Of a stretch of 24,000 nt of DNA, positions 22,948 to 24,000 are shown piece by piece. Within the stretch, counting starts at the first letter, position 1, and every line of letters begins with the position of its first letter. Below the pieces are notes generated by a model that made no database searches, was not told where the DNA came from, and was given only the letters and a program-made list of their open reading frames with translations. Source of the DNA: Promethearchaeia archaeon (GTDB lineage Archaea > Asgardarchaeota > Lokiarchaeia > Sigyniarchaeales > SOKP01). A program made the translations under genes and the position numbers. The stretch spans positions 1-24,000 of the forward strand of contig JAWOFX010000172.1 in assembly GCA_046497275.1 (NCBI GenBank). The letters run 5' to 3'.

Positions 22948-24000
22948 ATGCTTGATATTTCGAAATATACTAATAGTCCACTTAAATATATCCCAGAGGA
23001 TTATTGTCCTAAGTCAGATATGCATTTTTTTGAAATAAAAAAGGGATTTGATAAAGGAAAGAAATTATTTTATCGTAACTCAAAAATATTGGGAAATAAT
23101 CCTGATAACTGTATCGTATTTGTGCATGGTAATCCTGAATGTTCTTATACATATCGGGATATTATCAAACATATCATTAAAAATACTAAAAAAGCTTGTC
23201 AGATAATATCAATGGATCATATTGGATTTGGACTCTCTGATCAAGCTTCACATGAAATGGTATGCATGGATCACGCAGAAAATCTATTACAACTTATTAG
23301 AAAGCTTGATCTTCAAAATATTACTTTAATAGTGCACGATTGGGGAGGTCCAATTGGAATAGGGGCGTTTCTCCAAGATCCAAAACGGGTATCAAATTTA
23401 GTTATTCTTAATACTACAGTTTTTCCTATTCCTAAAATCGGGATGACGTTTCAAAATTATCCAATCTCTTGGTTGGGTTGGTGTTATACTCCTTATATAA
23501 TTCCAGATAAGTTTTGGGGAGATTTTGCAGCGTATGCAATCTTTACAAATCCACGTAAACCGATATCACTTCTCTCAAACATGATCAAAAATATCATCTT
23601 AATGGAGTTTGGTATATTTCAAAAACCAAATAGAATCGCTCAAAGTGTGTTTAAACAACAATTCCAATCAAAACTTAATGTGAAAAGTTCAAAGAGATTA
23701 GTTATGCAAACAAAAAGATGGGGATATGGAAATATATATAAAGATAAAGTATTGGGAAAAAGATCAACAAAACAATTTTATGAATTCATACAAAATAATA
23801 TAAAATCCTCATGGGGTTCGAATGAATCGACTATCGGAGTTAAAGCAATATTAGGGAGATGGGATCCTCTAGCTCAAAATGAGGTTATTAAACAATGGAT
23901 AGGTCATTTGCCTCAATTAAAAGGAAATGTTCGAATTTTCAAAGATATAGGGCATTTTATAGAAGAGAATAAAAGCGAAGCTATTGCTGAAGAAATTTTG
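22948..24000 (+). CDS. alpha/beta-hydrolase, haloalkane-dehalogenase/epoxide-hydrolase-like (Asp nucleophile); 3' end beyond window
   Basis: ATG at 22948, open for 351 codons to the window edge. It has the oxyanion motif VFVHGNPECSYTYR, the nucleophile elbow LIVHDWGGPIG, and catalytic His in DIGHFIEE. It was not in the ORF track because it has no stop in the window. It is the intact paralog of the 14769-15116 remnant. Confidence 0.85.
   Translation, partial: MLDISKYTNSPLKYIPEDYCPKSDMHFFEIKKGFDKGKKLFYRNSKILGNNPDNCIVFVHGNPECSYTYRDIIKHIIKNTKKACQIISMDHIGFGLSDQASHEMVCMDHAENLLQLIRKLDLQNITLIVHDWGGPIGIGAFLQDPKRVSNLVILNTTVFPIPKIGMTFQNYPISWLGWCYTPYIIPDKFWGDFAAYAIFTNPRKPISLLSNMIKNIILMEFGIFQKPNRIAQSVFKQQFQSKLNVKSSKRLVMQTKRWGYGNIYKDKVLGKRSTKQFYEFIQNNIKSSWGSNESTIGVKAILGRWDPLAQNEVIKQWIGHLPQLKGNVRIFKDIGHFIEENKSEAIAEEIL

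Noticed and set aside
1-24000. CRISPR arrays, cas genes, transposases, integrases, IS elements
   Set aside because: I looked for regularly spaced direct repeats and for DDE, tyrosine or serine recombinase motifs in all listed ORFs and gaps. None was found. The only tandem or interspersed repeats are those reported.

Overview
This is a strongly AT-rich prokaryotic window that reads as an archaeal chromosome. Supporting signs are a tRNA-Pro with a G1-C72 acceptor start and no encoded CCA, an oligo-T run after the tRNA, and sensor kinases with a FAHDINNI-type H-box. The lineage cannot be fixed without a database search; an AT-rich Asgard-like archaeon is only a guess.

Positions 1-14.7 kb hold core and sensory genes. 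These are a membrane sensor histidine kinase, dapB, dapA and argG (all minus strand), a multi-PAS histidine kinase with a single-domain response regulator, and a decayed ADP-ribosylglycohydrolase fragment. They continue with a Cys-rich membrane protein, tRNA-Pro(UGG), two small or membrane proteins, a polyferredoxin, and a wHTH regulator divergent from a visibly GC-richer B12-binding radical SAM gene.

Directly after the radical SAM gene lies an internally deleted, stop-interrupted copy of an alpha/beta-hydrolase (haloalkane-dehalogenase-like) gene. Its intact paralog starts at 22948 and runs off the right edge. These two copies bracket a ~7.8 kb accessory island (about 15117-22947) made entirely of nucleic-acid-targeting or conflict-type genes:
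- a DPPY methyltransferase divergent from a small NucS-like PD-(D/E)xK nuclease;
- an SPPY methyltransferase translationally coupled to a double-motif but catalytically degenerate LAGLIDADG-like protein;
- an unlisted small AbrB-like ORF;
- a 649-aa protein that is a tandem duplication of an HTH+HNH nuclease module;
- a co-oriented pair encoding an N-terminal-Thr proteasome/HslV-like hydrolase and a 260-aa single-chain protein with two canonical RNxxxH HEPN motifs.

The hydrolase/tandem-HEPN pair is my best candidate for an undescribed system. The methyltransferase/LAGLIDADG-like pair and the tandem HNH come next. All functional calls rest on motif reading by eye; no searches or structure predictions were possible.
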